39,126 nt of DNA from an uncultured Acidimicrobiia bacterium (GTDB lineage: Bacteria > Actinomycetota > Acidimicrobiia > Spongiisociales > JAOTWH01), in contig CAYFYE010000010.1 of assembly GCA_964347285.1 (NCBI GenBank), positions 1 through 39,126 of the forward strand, written 5' to 3'. Position 1 is the stretch's first letter, and the number at the start of each line of letters is the position of its first letter. Below, piece by piece: positions 10,075 through 20,169 of this stretch. A model generated the notes under the pieces. The model did no database searches. It was given only the letters and a program-made list of their open reading frames with translations, and was not told the origin of the DNA. The translations under genes were made by a program, and so were the position numbers.

Positions 10075-10101
10075 GTAGCACTCTCGGGTAAAGAGTGCTA
10101 A
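10075..10101. promoter_or_regulatory. CIRCE element (HrcA operator), distal copy overlapping the groESL promoter
   Basis: GTAGCACTC-N9-GAGTGCTAA; overlaps a minus-strand TACATT -10 (10072-10077) and the stop codon of the upstream gene. Confidence 0.92.
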
Positions 10102-11204
10102 TCGATTGCGGTTCGCTCCTCGACCCAACGCATGACGTCGGCCAGCGACAGCGTTCCCACGACTCTGCCATCGGCCACGACGACGAGAGCGCTGGTTCTT
10201 CTCGCCAGACGGGTCAGCACCTCGGTCACCGGGAGGGCGCCATCGACGACGTCCCCGGGACCGATGGGCACCATGGCCCGCCGGATTTCGACGCGATCCC
10301 ACTCGGGGCGGGGCACCGCCTCCAGCTGGCGCAGGCCGATCACGCCCCGGACCCGGCCCGCTTCGGTGACCGGTAGCAGGGGGGACGGGCCCCCGAGGAT
10401 GTTTTCATCGAACAGCTCGGCCAGGGTCTGAGAACCCGGCACCGCCTGTGGGGCCGGCACCATGACGTCGCCGACCGTCATCCCGCTGAGGGCCTCGCGG
10501 GCCAGGCCGAAGGTGCCACTGGTTCGGGCCGCCTGGAAGAGGAACCACCCGATGGCCAGGTACCACAGGCCGCTGGCGTTGCCCCACCAGACGAGGACCA
10601 CCAGCCCTACCAGGGCCAACAACCCGGCGACGGCCATTCCGCCCCCGACCGCCACCTTGGTTCCCCGGCGGTAGCTTCCGGTGACCTTCCACACCGCCGA
10701 GCGCAGCACCCGTCCCCCATCGAGCGGGAACCCGGGCAGGAGGTTGAAGAGGGCCAGCGCCAAATTGACGAAGGCCAGCAATCCGAGCAGCCGGCCCGGT
10801 GCTGCCTCGACCTCGGGAGCGAGCCAGTCCGCCAGGTAGAAGAGGCCGGCCAGGATCAACGACGACGCCGGGCCGGCGATGGTGATGGCGAACTCGTCTC
10901 CCGGGGTATTGGCCTCCTGTTCGATCTCGGACACGCCCCCGAAGATGAAGAGGCGGATGCGTCGCACCCGGATCCCGCGGCGGAGGGCCACGACCGAATG
11001 GCTGAGCTCGTGCACCAGCACGCTGCCGAAGAACAACACCGCGCCCGCCACCGCCGCCGCCCAGCGCAGCCCGGCCGGAAACGTCTCGCCGGGAGGCGAG
11101 AACTCGATGTAGAGGGAGACCGTGATCAGCGCGGCGATGATCACCCAGGAGACGTCGACGTAGAGGTCGATCCCGAATACGCGGCCGAACCGGAAGCCGT
11201 TCAT
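10098..11204 (-). CDS. Site-2 protease (M50) with C-terminal CBS domains
   Basis: HELSH zinc motif, [22 protein letters not shown], then a CBS pair ([21 protein letters not shown]). ATGA overlap with tsaD. Confidence 0.93.
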   Translation of the reverse strand: MNGFRFGRVFGIDLYVDVSWVIIAALITVSLYIEFSPPGETFPAGLRWAAAVAGAVLFFGSVLVHELSHSVVALRRGIRVRRIRLFIFGGVSEIEQEANTPGDEFAITIAGPASSLILAGLFYLADWLAPEVEAAPGRLLGLLAFVNLALALFNLLPGFPLDGGRVLRSAVWKVTGSYRRGTKVAVGGGMAVAGLLALVGLVVLVWWGNASGLWYLAIGWFLFQAARTSGTFGLAREALSGMTVGDVMVPAPQAVPGSQTLAELFDENILGGPSPLLPVTEAGRVRGVIGLRQLEAVPRPEWDRVEIRRAMVPIGPGDVVDGALPVTEVLTRLARRTSALVVVADGRVVGTLSLADVMRWVEERTAID

Positions 11205-12211
11205 GCCCCCAGCTTCATCGACGCGTCGATCTCTGAGTTCCACGCGGTCGCCTCGCCGCGGCCGAGCCGGAACGAAGCGGCGGCGGCGATCATGGCCCCG
11301 TTGTCGGTGCACAGCTCCGGCGACGGCAGGTACACGTCGATCCCGCGGGTTCGGGCTTCGTCCTCCAGGCGGGCCCGCAAGCGACGGTTGGCGAGCACTC
11401 CTCCGCCCCCGGCGACCGCGGTCGCCCCGGTCTCGTCGACCGCGTTGAACGTCTTGTCCACCAGCACGTCGATGATGGCTTCCTGGATCGAGGCGGCCAC
11501 GTCGGCCAGCGGGGGGAGTTCGTCGGACTCGGCCGCCTTGGTGAGGCGGGTGACGACCGCGGTCTTCAGTCCGGAGAACGACAGGTCGAAGGGCCGGTCG
11601 GCCAGGGCGCGCGGGAAGTCGACCGCGTTCGGATCCCCCCCTTCGGACGCTTCGTCGATGGCCGGCCCGCCCGGATAGCCGAGGCCGAGGAAGCGGGCCA
11701 GCTTGTCGAAGGCCTCGCCGGCCGCGTCGTCGATCGTCCTCCCCATCACGTCGTACTCTCCCCAGTCGGTGACGTGGACGACCTGGCTGTGACCACCCGA
11801 GGCCAACAGCACCACCACCGGAGGCGTATAGCCGGGGTGCTCGAGGCGGGGAGCGAAGAGGTGGCCCTCCATGTGATCGATGCCGAGAAAGGGTTTTCCG
11901 AGACTCCAGGCCATGGCCCGGGCGAACGAGAAGCCGACGACCAAAGCTCCGGCGAGGCCGGGCCCCTGAGTGGCCGCGACCGCGTCCAGATCCAGGTGGT
12001 GGACGCCGGCTTCGGCCAGGGCGCGGTGGGTGAGGGAGCGAATCGCCTCGACGTGAGCCCGGGCGGCCACCTCCGGGACGACGCCCCCGAATCGGGCGTG
12101 CTCGTCCACCTGGGAGGAGAGCACGCTGGAGCGAACCTCCAGGCCGTCGACCACGGCCACCGCGGTTTCGTCGCAACTCGTCTCCACGCCCAGTACCAGC
12201 GGGCCGGTCAC
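11201..12211 (-). CDS. tsaD: tRNA N6-threonylcarbamoyltransferase TsaD
   Basis: LGVETSCDET, GGVVPEVAARAH, HMEGH, SGGHS, DDAAGEAFDK, CTDNGAMIA. Confidence 0.98.
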   Translation of the reverse strand: MTGPLVLGVETSCDETAVAVVDGLEVRSSVLSSQVDEHARFGGVVPEVAARAHVEAIRSLTHRALAEAGVHHLDLDAVAATQGPGLAGALVVGFSFARAMAWSLGKPFLGIDHMEGHLFAPRLEHPGYTPPVVVLLASGGHSQVVHVTDWGEYDVMGRTIDDAAGEAFDKLARFLGLGYPGGPAIDEASEGGDPNAVDFPRALADRPFDLSFSGLKTAVVTRLTKAAESDELPPLADVAASIQEAIIDVLVDKTFNAVDETGATAVAGGGGVLANRRLRARLEDEARTRGIDVYLPSPELCTDNGAMIAAAASFRLGRGEATAWNSEIDASMKLGA

Positions 12212-12708
12212 GGCAAGCTCCTCTCGATCTCGTCCAGCCGTTGGCGGTATTCCGATCCGGCAGCATCGAGCACCCACATGATGAGAGCATCTTCATCGCG
12301 GTAGTAGTTCTTGCGGACGCCGATGGGGGCAAACCCGAATCGGCTGTAGAGGCGGCGGGCCGGATCGTTGGACATACGCACCTCGAGAGTCATGTGACGG
12401 GCCCCGGCGGCCAGGCCCTCCTCGATGAGCTCGGCGAGCAGGCGGCTTCCCAGGCCCCGGTTCCGGTGCTCGGGCGTCACCGCCAGGGTGGTGATGTGGG
12501 CATCTTCCTCAACCAACATCAGGCCCCCGTACCCGATGATGTCGCCGGCGGAACCCTCGACCACCAGGTAGCGCCTATCGGGCCGCTTCACTTCCTCGAT
12601 GAAGGCCTTCTCCGACCACGGTTCGGGGAACACGTCGGCCTCGAGGCGGGCCACGTCGGCGACGTCCTCGAGTTGCATCCGCCGGGTCAGCCTCACCCCT
12701 CGGGCCAT
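12208..12708 (-). CDS. rimI: Ribosomal-protein-alanine N-acetyltransferase RimI
   Basis: FPEPWS, AHITTLAV, LEVRMSN..ARRLY, RKNYY..EDALIM; lies between tsaB and tsaD. Start ATG 12708 or GTG 12696. Confidence 0.93.
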   Translation of the reverse strand: MARGVRLTRRMQLEDVADVARLEADVFPEPWSEKAFIEEVKRPDRRYLVVEGSAGDIIGYGGLMLVEEDAHITTLAVTPEHRNRGLGSRLLAELIEEGLAAGARHMTLEVRMSNDPARRLYSRFGFAPIGVRKNYYRDEDALIMWVLDAAGSEYRQRLDEIERSLP

Positions 12709-13403
12709 ATCCCCTCCGTGCGAAAGCGGGTCCAACTGATGGCGGCATCGGGCTGTCGCAGATAGATCGGCCGGACCTCCGGGCTGGACGAGAGATCGTC
12801 CCGGCGAGCCTGCAGCTCGGTGATCTCCAGCAGGACGTCGGCCGAGGGATACCGAGGCCGGCCGGTCTTCACCCGGTGCAGGCCCCGCTGCCAACCGGGC
12901 GGCAGCGCCTGCCAGTCACCGACGACCAATACGTCTTCCCGGTCCGAGTCGAGAGTGGCCCGGAACTCCTCCGGCGTCATGAGCTCCGAGGTGCCGTCTT
13001 TGACCACCCCGCCGGGCACCGGGCGATAGGGGGCCACCGCCACCTCGCCCTTACGAGCGTCGACCACCGACCAGATGTGGCGATGGCCGGTGGCGGCTCG
13101 AAAGGCCAACGCATCCAGCGAGGTGGCCGGCACGATCGGCACCCCGACCGAGGCGGCTACGCCCTGGGCGGTGGCCAGTCCCGCCCGGATCCCGGTGAAG
13201 AGACCGGGTCCCACATCAACCGCCACCGCATCGAGGTCGGTGGGTCGCCACCCGGCCCGGGCGAAGCAGAAGTCGAGGGCCTCGCCCAGAAACCCGACGT
13301 GACCGCGCCGGTCGACCTGAACGGCAAGGGCCTCGAGCCGGCCCTCACGGCCGAGGGCGACCGATGAGGCGGGGGTGGCGGTATCGATGGCGAGTATCTT
13401 CAT
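12693..13403 (-). CDS. tsaB: t6A biosynthesis protein TsaB
   Basis: MKILAIDTAT, GPGLFTGIRAG, DARKGEV, PIYLR. Confidence 0.95.
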   Translation of the reverse strand: MKILAIDTATPASSVALGREGRLEALAVQVDRRGHVGFLGEALDFCFARAGWRPTDLDAVAVDVGPGLFTGIRAGLATAQGVAASVGVPIVPATSLDALAFRAATGHRHIWSVVDARKGEVAVAPYRPVPGGVVKDGTSELMTPEEFRATLDSDREDVLVVGDWQALPPGWQRGLHRVKTGRPRYPSADVLLEITELQARRDDLSSSPEVRPIYLRQPDAAISWTRFRTEGIWPEG

Positions 13404-13855
13404 TCGGCCAGCTCCTCCAGGGCCCGCCCCCGCCACGATCCGGCCGGCACGAAGCGGATGCGTCGTGAATCGGGACTGATCATCTCGATTTCCACCGTGA
13501 GCCGGTCCTCCCCGAAGCCGGATGTGACGGCTTGCCCCCACTCAACCACGACCACGGCCTCCGATGCCAACTCATCCAGCGCCAGGTCCTCCAGCTCGGC
13601 GATCGAATCGAGGCGGTAGGCATCGGCGTGCACCAGCGGCAAGAAGCCATCGTACGTCCGAGCCAGCACGAAACTGGGGCTGGTGATGGGGTCGTCGATG
13701 CCCAGGCCCTCGGCCAGGCCCGACGTGAACACGGTCTTTCCCGAACCGAGGCGCCCGGCCAGCAGCACCACGTCGCCCGGCCTCAACAGCCCGGCCAGGC
13801 GCCGCCCCAGGGCCAGTGTGTCGGCCTCGCTCGAGCTCTCGACTTCGACGATCAC
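13400..13855 (-). CDS. tsaE: t6A biosynthesis ATPase TsaE
   Basis: GRLGSGKT Walker A, TSPSFVL, HADAYRL, VVEW. Confidence 0.95.
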   Translation of the reverse strand: MIVEVESSSEADTLALGRRLAGLLRPGDVVLLAGRLGSGKTVFTSGLAEGLGIDDPITSPSFVLARTYDGFLPLVHADAYRLDSIAELEDLALDELASEAVVVVEWGQAVTSGFGEDRLTVEIEMISPDSRRIRFVPAGSWRGRALEELAE

Positions 13856-14493
13856 TGGAAGAGATCGAGCTGTTCGACCCTCGCCGAGTCGGGAGGGGGC
13901 CCGGCGTCGGCACTCGCGTTGCCCGGGGGGGCATCGAGTAGACGGCGCACCACCGAGAAGTCCTCGCGCAGCTGGTCGATCACCCGCTCGCCGCCCCGCA
14001 GCCCGGCCGCCGGGTGAAACGTCGGTACGAGGTGGCGGCCCCACCACGGGTAGGCCTGGCCCCGCAGACTGGTGATGCCCCGCGTCGTCTTCAGGAGCAG
14101 CTTGGTGGCGAAGTTGCCGAGGGCGACCACCACCCGCGGTTGGATCAACTCGAGCTGACGACGAAGGTAGCCCTTGCAGGCCTCGATCTCGTCGTCCCGA
14201 GGGTCGCGGTTGCCGGGCGGTCGGCACTTGACCACGTTGGCGATGTACACCTCTTTGCGGTGGAGCCCGATCTCGCCGAGCAGATCCTCGAGCAGCCGCC
14301 CCGAGGCCCCGACGAAGGGCAGACCTTGTTGGTCCTCGTGAAAGCCGGGACCCTCCCCGATGAACATCAGGTCGGCCTGGGGGTCGCCGTCGCCGAACAC
14401 GACCTGGGTGCGGGACTCGCTGAGGGAGCAGGCAGTGCATGTCGAAGCACGGCCGGCGAGTTCGTAGAGCTCTCGCACCGCTTCGTCGCTCAA
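13852..14493 (-). CDS. Family 4 (Fe-S) uracil-DNA glycosylase
   Basis: CxxC, IGEGPG, PFVGASG, NVVKCRPPGNRDP, PTFHPAA. Confidence 0.93.
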   Translation of the reverse strand: MSDEAVRELYELAGRASTCTACSLSESRTQVVFGDGDPQADLMFIGEGPGFHEDQQGLPFVGASGRLLEDLLGEIGLHRKEVYIANVVKCRPPGNRDPRDDEIEACKGYLRRQLELIQPRVVVALGNFATKLLLKTTRGITSLRGQAYPWWGRHLVPTFHPAAGLRGGERVIDQLREDFSVVRRLLDAPPGNASADAGPPPDSARVEQLDLFQ

Positions 14494-15407
14494 CCTCGCT
14501 CCTCCATCGCCGGGATCCCGCCGGCCGGCTCGGCGGAGCGCACTGCCGCTTCGATGGCTCGCCCCACCACCACAAACACCGCCTCACCGATCACGTCCAG
14601 ACTCTCGCTGCGGTCTCCGCACGAGACGGCGAAGGCGGCATCGCCATCATATCGAGTGTGACCCGGCCGCAGACAGACGGCCAGGGCATCGTGGGCCTTG
14701 ACGTTGAGCCGCATGAGATCCCCCCGGCTGAGGTGGGCGTCGGTGGCCACGGCCACCAGCGTCGTGTTGACGGACAGGTCCACCGGCTGCGTCGGCGCCA
14801 GGTCGGGGACCGGTTTGCCCCCGGTCAGCGGCTCGCCCTCGAGCGTGAAGACGTCGCCCACCGAGTTGACCACGGCCAGGGCTCCGACAGTGGCCTCCCC
14901 CACCCGGGTAACCGCCGAGCCCAGACCTCCCTTGCGAACCGCGGCCGGCCCGCGCCAGCCGGCGACCGTGGCCCCGGCCCCGGCCCCCACGTTGCCCATG
15001 GCCACCGGACCGTCGGTGGCGGCATCGTATGCCGCCGCCCCCTCCTCGGGGCCCGGGCGGACCGACGGATCACCGATGGCGAGATCGAAAACGATCGCCG
15101 CCGGGACGATGGGAACGATGATGTCGTTTATGGTCCGGTGTCCCAGGCCGTCTCTCTCCAGGCGGCGAACCACTCCGTCGGCGGATGCCAGGCCGTAGGC
15201 ACTCCCCCCGGCGAAGACCAACGCCTGGATGTTCTCGATGCGCATTCCGGGGGCGAGAAGGGCCGTCTCCCTGCTGCCCGGTGCGGCGCCCCGAAACTCG
15301 GCTGCGGCAACGTTGGGCTCCGGAAACAGCACGACGGTGACCCCGGTGAGGGCATCGAGGTCGGTCCAGTGGCCCACCCGCACCCCGGGAACCGCGGTGA
15401 GGGTCAT
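14490..15407 (-). CDS. P1/S58-family self-cleaving peptidase (DmpA/NylC-like)
   Basis: VPGVRVGH, RGAAPGSRE, GGSAYGL, GNVGAGAGA, NTTLVAVATD autocleavage motif, HTRYDGD. Confidence 0.88.
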   Translation of the reverse strand: MTLTAVPGVRVGHWTDLDALTGVTVVLFPEPNVAAAEFRGAAPGSRETALLAPGMRIENIQALVFAGGSAYGLASADGVVRRLERDGLGHRTINDIIVPIVPAAIVFDLAIGDPSVRPGPEEGAAAYDAATDGPVAMGNVGAGAGATVAGWRGPAAVRKGGLGSAVTRVGEATVGALAVVNSVGDVFTLEGEPLTGGKPVPDLAPTQPVDLSVNTTLVAVATDAHLSRGDLMRLNVKAHDALAVCLRPGHTRYDGDAAFAVSCGDRSESLDVIGEAVFVVVGRAIEAAVRSAEPAGGIPAMEERG

Positions 15408-16495
15408 GAGCGGTAACGACGGGGTAGGCGGGGGCCGAAGTTGCACACGATCTCGTAGTTGATCGTGTCGAGCCGCCGGGCCCATTCATCGGCCGGAACC
15501 GCCTCGTCGCCCTGGGCGCCGAGCACGACGACCTCGTCGCCGGGCTCGACATCGGCGTCGTCGACGTCCACGACTATGTGGTCCATCGTCACCGTGCCGG
15601 CAAACGGGTAGCGACGGCCCCTGATGAGCACTTCGCCCCCTTCTTCACCGAGCCGACGTACCAGACCGTCGGCATAGCCAATGGGGACCGTGGCCACGGT
15701 GGCCTCGGTGGGCAGAGCCCGGCGGCGTCCGTACGAAGGACGGGCTCCGGCCGGCAGGCGGCGGGTCATCGACACTTGCGACACCACCCGCATTGCCGGC
15801 CGCAGGTCGAGGTCGGGAGCGATGTGCGGGGCCGGACGGAGGCCATACACCGAGAGGCCGCAGCGCACCATGTCGAAGCGAGCCTCGGGATAAGCCAGTG
15901 CTCCCGCCGAGTTGGCGGCGTGAACCATCGAGGGTTCCAGGCCCTCGGAGCGGAGCAGCCCGACGAACTGGCCGAACTGGGCGACCTGGCGCTTGGTGAA
16001 CTCGGTGTCGGACTCCGCCACCGGCATGTGGGTCCAGACCCCTTCCAGCTCGAGATGGCCGGCCCCCGCAGTACGGGCGATGCTCAAAGAGACCACCGGG
16101 TCGGCGCCGACCCGGTGCATGCCGGTGTCGACCTTGAGGTGGACGGCGGCGGGGCGTCCCATTCCGGTCAACGCCTCGAGGAAAGGATCCGTGTAGACCG
16201 TCGGTTTCAAACCCCATTCGAGGGCATCACCTGCGTGATCGGGCGGCGGCTCCGACAGCAGCAAGATCGGACCCTCCAGGCCTGCTTCTCGGAGGCGAAC
16301 CCCCTCCTCGACGAGCGCCACGGCCAGCCAGTCGGCCCCGGCGGTCATGGCCGCCTCGGCAACGGGTACGTCGCCGTGGCCGTAGCCGTCGGCCTTGACC
16401 ACCACGCACAACTTGGCCGGCGCCACCTCCTCTTTGATCAAACGAACGTTGTGTCGAATGGCGCCGAGGTCGACCTCGACCCAGGAAGGCCTCAC
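15404..16495 (-). CDS. alr: Alanine racemase
   Basis: VVKADGYGHG, HLKVDTGMHRVG, PIGYADG, TINYEIVC. Confidence 0.97.
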   Translation of the reverse strand: MRPSWVEVDLGAIRHNVRLIKEEVAPAKLCVVVKADGYGHGDVPVAEAAMTAGADWLAVALVEEGVRLREAGLEGPILLLSEPPPDHAGDALEWGLKPTVYTDPFLEALTGMGRPAAVHLKVDTGMHRVGADPVVSLSIARTAGAGHLELEGVWTHMPVAESDTEFTKRQVAQFGQFVGLLRSEGLEPSMVHAANSAGALAYPEARFDMVRCGLSVYGLRPAPHIAPDLDLRPAMRVVSQVSMTRRLPAGARPSYGRRRALPTEATVATVPIGYADGLVRRLGEEGGEVLIRGRRYPFAGTVTMDHIVVDVDDADVEPGDEVVVLGAQGDEAVPADEWARRLDTINYEIVCNFGPRLPRRYRS

Positions 16496-17907
16496 CAGGC
16501 CCACCGCGCCATGGCATCGGCCAGCCGTTCGGCGGTGACCGCGCCGGAGGCGGCCAGCTCGGCTCCGGCCCGACCGTGCCAGTAGGCACCCGATCGGGCC
16601 GCCGCCTCTGCATCCAGGCCGCGCGCCCACAGGGCGGCCACCAGCCCGGCCAGGACGTCGCCCGTCCCGATCGTGGCCAACTCGGGGCCACCGCTGGCAA
16701 CCACCCAGCGGCGCTCGCCGGCGACGATGGTGGGGTTGCCTTTCAGCAAGACCACCACTCCTGTGGACTGGGCGAGACGCCGAGCCGCCTCGGGAGTAGG
16801 GTCTTCCCCGGTGATACGGGCGAACTCGCCATGGTGGGGAGTCAGCATCGTGGGTCCGGATCGCTCGAGGAGCTGGTCGGAGCCGGACAGTGCATTGAGT
16901 CCGTCGGCATCGATGAGGAGTGGCCCCTCTCTGCCCTCGAGGATGGCCGAGACGAACTTGCCTTGGTCGGGACCCAGCCCGGGGCCGAGCACCAGCACAT
17001 CGAAGCGCCGGGCTTCCTCCAGGAGGGCCGGCGCATCGGCTCCATCAAACCGATCACCGTCGCCTATGCCGGCCGTCATCACCTCGGCCGACATCGCGGC
17101 GTAGATGGGCTGCAGTACGGCCGGAGCGGCCACCCGCACCGCTCCGGCCCCGGCGGCCAGAGCCGACCGGGCCGCCAACATCGCAGCCCCGGTGATGCCC
17201 GGGGAGCCGCCCGCCACCAGCACCGATCCCGCCGACCACTTGTGGGCCGTACGGGGCCGGGGCGGCCGGGGAGCGTCCGACTCCTCGCACAGCAGCATGA
17301 AGGGATCACCGCCTTCGAGGCCGATGTCGATCACTTCCACCTCGCCGCAGCGATCGGGTCCTTCGCCCAGTAGATGGCCTGCCTTGAGGGCGTGGAACGT
17401 GACCGTGCGCTCCGCCGTGAAGCAAGTCCCTTTGACCCGGCCCGTGCCGGCATCGAGGCCGGACGGGATGTCGACCGCCAGTACCCGGCGGGCTGTCACC
17501 GCCCAGTCGGCGGCCGGCCCGGTCAGCTCACCGTGAAAGCCGGCCCCGAAGAGCGCGTCGATCACCAAGTCGGCCGGCTCGGGAGCTCCGAGGGGCCGCA
17601 CCGTGACGCCGGCGTCGACCGCAGCCGCCGCCGCCTTTCGAGCCGGAGAATCCTCCCCTTGGGGATAGCCGAGCGCCCTCGCCTCGACCGCGGCCCCCCG
17701 CTTGGCGAGGTAGTGGGCGGCTACGTAACCGTCGCCGCCGTTGTTACCGGGCCCGCACAGCACCAGCACTTTCTTGCCGTACCCGGCACCCATCTGCGCC
17801 GCCGCTCGGGCCACCGCGTACCCGGCCCGGTCCATCAGGACCTCGGTCGGGTCTTTGGCCAGCGAGTCGAGGCGCGCCGCCTCCTCCGGAGTGATGACGG
17901 TTTTCAC
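16492..17907 (-). CDS. nnr: Bifunctional NAD(P)H-hydrate epimerase/dehydratase
   Basis: GPGNNGGDG, DALFGAG, DIPSG, AHKW..GSV, IDADGL, LTPHHGE, LATIGTGDVLAG. Confidence 0.95.
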   Translation of the reverse strand: MKTVITPEEAARLDSLAKDPTEVLMDRAGYAVARAAAQMGAGYGKKVLVLCGPGNNGGDGYVAAHYLAKRGAAVEARALGYPQGEDSPARKAAAAAVDAGVTVRPLGAPEPADLVIDALFGAGFHGELTGPAADWAVTARRVLAVDIPSGLDAGTGRVKGTCFTAERTVTFHALKAGHLLGEGPDRCGEVEVIDIGLEGGDPFMLLCEESDAPRPPRPRTAHKWSAGSVLVAGGSPGITGAAMLAARSALAAGAGAVRVAAPAVLQPIYAAMSAEVMTAGIGDGDRFDGADAPALLEEARRFDVLVLGPGLGPDQGKFVSAILEGREGPLLIDADGLNALSGSDQLLERSGPTMLTPHHGEFARITGEDPTPEAARRLAQSTGVVVLLKGNPTIVAGERRWVVASGGPELATIGTGDVLAGLVAALWARGLDAEAAARSGAYWHGRAGAELAASGAVTAERLADAMARWAW

Positions 17908-17948
17908 GAGCGGATGGTACCCGGGTGCCCCGATGGGCTCCGGCCGGG

Positions 17949-18326
17949 TCAGGGGTGTTCGCCGACCGCCACCGCCATGACGAGGGCCGTCTCATCGGTA
18001 TGGGTGATCGTGACTAGAACGTCGGACACCCCCAGCGTCCCGGCCCGCTCCAGAGCAGTGCCGAAGAGCCGGACCCGGGGTTGCCCCCCTCCGGTGATCT
18101 CGATGTCTCGCCACCGGATGTGGCGCCAGCCCCGTCCCAGGCTCTTCATGACCGCTTCTTTCCCGGCGAAGCGGGCCGCAAAGCGCCGGGCCGGATTGGC
18201 GAAGCGGAAAGCGTATTCGCGCTCCGCGGGGGTGAAGCAGCGCTCGGCAAACCGTGGATAACGCTCCAGGACCCCCCGTACCCGGCCGATCTCAGCCAAG
18301 TCGACGCCCAAGCCGATGATCTTCAA
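17949..18326 (-). CDS. acpS: Holo-ACP synthase
   Basis: IIGLGVDLAEI, AARFAGKEAVMKSLG, VTITH. Confidence 0.95.
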   Translation of the reverse strand: MKIIGLGVDLAEIGRVRGVLERYPRFAERCFTPAEREYAFRFANPARRFAARFAGKEAVMKSLGRGWRHIRWRDIEITGGGQPRVRLFGTALERAGTLGVSDVLVTITHTDETALVMAVAVGEHP

Positions 18327-18336
18327 GCGTCGGCCC

Positions 18337-20163
18337 TCATTCCACCGTCACGCTCTTGGCGAGGTTGCGGGGCTGATCGATGTCATGGCCCCGCAAGCGT
18401 GCCATGTGGTAGGCGAGCAGCTGAAGCGGAACCGTGGCCAGCACCGGGCTGAGGGCATCGAGGGTCCGGGGAATGGGAAGTAGGTGGTCGGCGTGCTTGC
18501 CGATCTCCGGGTCGTCCTGGTAGGCCACCGCCACCACCGGCGCCCCCCGGGCTTTGACCTCCTGGATGGCCGAGATCGTCTTGTCGTAGACATGGCCCTG
18601 GGTCACCACCGCCACCACCGGGGTTTGCGGGGTGACCAAAGCCAGCGTGCCGTGCTTGAGCTCACCCGCCGGCATTGCCTCGGAGTGGACGTAGGAGATC
18701 TCTTTCATCTTGAGCGAGCCCTCGGTGGCCACCGCATAGTCGAGGCCCCGGCCGATGAAATAGACGTCCTCAGCCGTGCCGAGGCGTGCCGCCAGCTCGG
18801 CGATCTCCTCGTCTCTCCCGAGGACTTCCTCCAACTGGAGGGGCAGGAGTGCCAGGCCGCTCGCCAAGTGTTGGGCCGCCTCGACATCCAGGGTCCCCCG
18901 TGCCGCAGCGAGGTCCATGCCGATGAGGTAACCGTCGACCAGCATGGCCAGGTAGGCCTTGGTGGAGGCGACGGCGATCTCGGGACCGGCCCGCAGGCCG
19001 AGCACATCATCGGCCTCCCGGGCCAGCGTGCTGCCGATGACGTTGGTGACGGCCAGCACCCGAGACCCCCGTTCCCGAGCCAAACGAGCGGCGGCCAGGG
19101 TGTCGGCCGTCTCGCCCGATTGGCTGATGGCCAGAGTCAGAGTACCGGGAGCAATGAGCGGGTCCCGATAGCGCAGCTCATGGGCATAGACCACCTCGGT
19201 GGGGATGCGAAGTTCGCGCTCGAAGAACTCCTTGGCCACCAGGCCGGCGTGATAAGCAGTGCCGCACGCTGTGATCCAGACCTTGTCGAGGGCGCCCGCC
19301 ATGCCCTCCGGAAATGACACTCCGTCGAGAGTCACCGACCCGTCCCCAGAGAGGCGACCGCTCAACGTCTCGATGACGACCTGAGGCTGCTCGAAGATCT
19401 CCTTCAACATGAAGTGGGGGTAGCCGCCTCGTTCGGCCTCGACGGCATCCCAATCGATCTCTGTGGGCCGGCGCTCGATCGGCTCCCCGGCAATGGTCTC
19501 GACCGCGACGCCGCTGTTGGTGACGGTGGCCATCTCTCCGTCGGAGATCACCATCACGGTCTTGGTGTGGGGCAGCACGGCCGGGATGTCGGAGGCGAGA
19601 ATCGTCTCGCCGTCGGCCAGCCCCACCACGAGGGGCGAGATCATTCGGGCGGCCACGATCTTCCCGGGCTCGAGCGTGGTCATCACCACCACGGCATAGG
19701 CGCCCTTGGCCCTTCCCACCGCTCGGCGCACCGCCGTCGTCAAGTCGCCGTCGTACTCCTGGGCCACGAGGTGAGCGAGGACCTCGGTGTCGGTATCCGA
19801 AGAGAACCCGTTGCCGGCCGACTCCAGTTCCTCTCTGAGCTCGGTGAAGTTCTCGATGATCCCGTTGTGGACCACTGCGAAGTGCCCGGAGGGATCGGTA
19901 TGGGGATGAGCGTTCTGATCGGTGGGGGGACCGTGGGTGGCCCACCGGGTGTGACCGATGCCGGCAGTCCCGTCGACGGGATCGGCGGCCAGAAGCTCCG
20001 CCAGCCGGTTCAGCTTCCCCGCCGCCTTGCGCACCTGGAATCCGTCTCGGCCCTGAACGGCTATTCCGGCCGAGTCATAGCCCCGATACTCCAGTCGGGC
20101 CAGGCCGTCCAGCAGGATCGTGGGCGCCGAGCGCGGCCCCACGTAACCCATTATTCCGCACAT
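18337..20163 (-). CDS. glmS: Glutamine--fructose-6-phosphate aminotransferase
   Basis: True start is MCGIMG (catalytic Cys1); LEYRGYDSAG, GHTRWATHG, SQSGETADT, PRNLAKSVTVE. Confidence 0.99.
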   Translation of the reverse strand: MCGIMGYVGPRSAPTILLDGLARLEYRGYDSAGIAVQGRDGFQVRKAAGKLNRLAELLAADPVDGTAGIGHTRWATHGPPTDQNAHPHTDPSGHFAVVHNGIIENFTELREELESAGNGFSSDTDTEVLAHLVAQEYDGDLTTAVRRAVGRAKGAYAVVVMTTLEPGKIVAARMISPLVVGLADGETILASDIPAVLPHTKTVMVISDGEMATVTNSGVAVETIAGEPIERRPTEIDWDAVEAERGGYPHFMLKEIFEQPQVVIETLSGRLSGDGSVTLDGVSFPEGMAGALDKVWITACGTAYHAGLVAKEFFERELRIPTEVVYAHELRYRDPLIAPGTLTLAISQSGETADTLAAARLARERGSRVLAVTNVIGSTLAREADDVLGLRAGPEIAVASTKAYLAMLVDGYLIGMDLAAARGTLDVEAAQHLASGLALLPLQLEEVLGRDEEIAELAARLGTAEDVYFIGRGLDYAVATEGSLKMKEISYVHSEAMPAGELKHGTLALVTPQTPVVAVVTQGHVYDKTISAIQEVKARGAPVVAVAYQDDPEIGKHADHLLPIPRTLDALSPVLATVPLQLLAYHMARLRGHDIDQPRNLAKSVTVE

Positions 20164-20169
20164 GGGTGC

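Noticed and set aside
10098..12332. 744-aa ORF suggesting a large S2P fusion
   Set aside because: The N-terminal half is an alternate frame over tsaD; the real start is ATG 11204.
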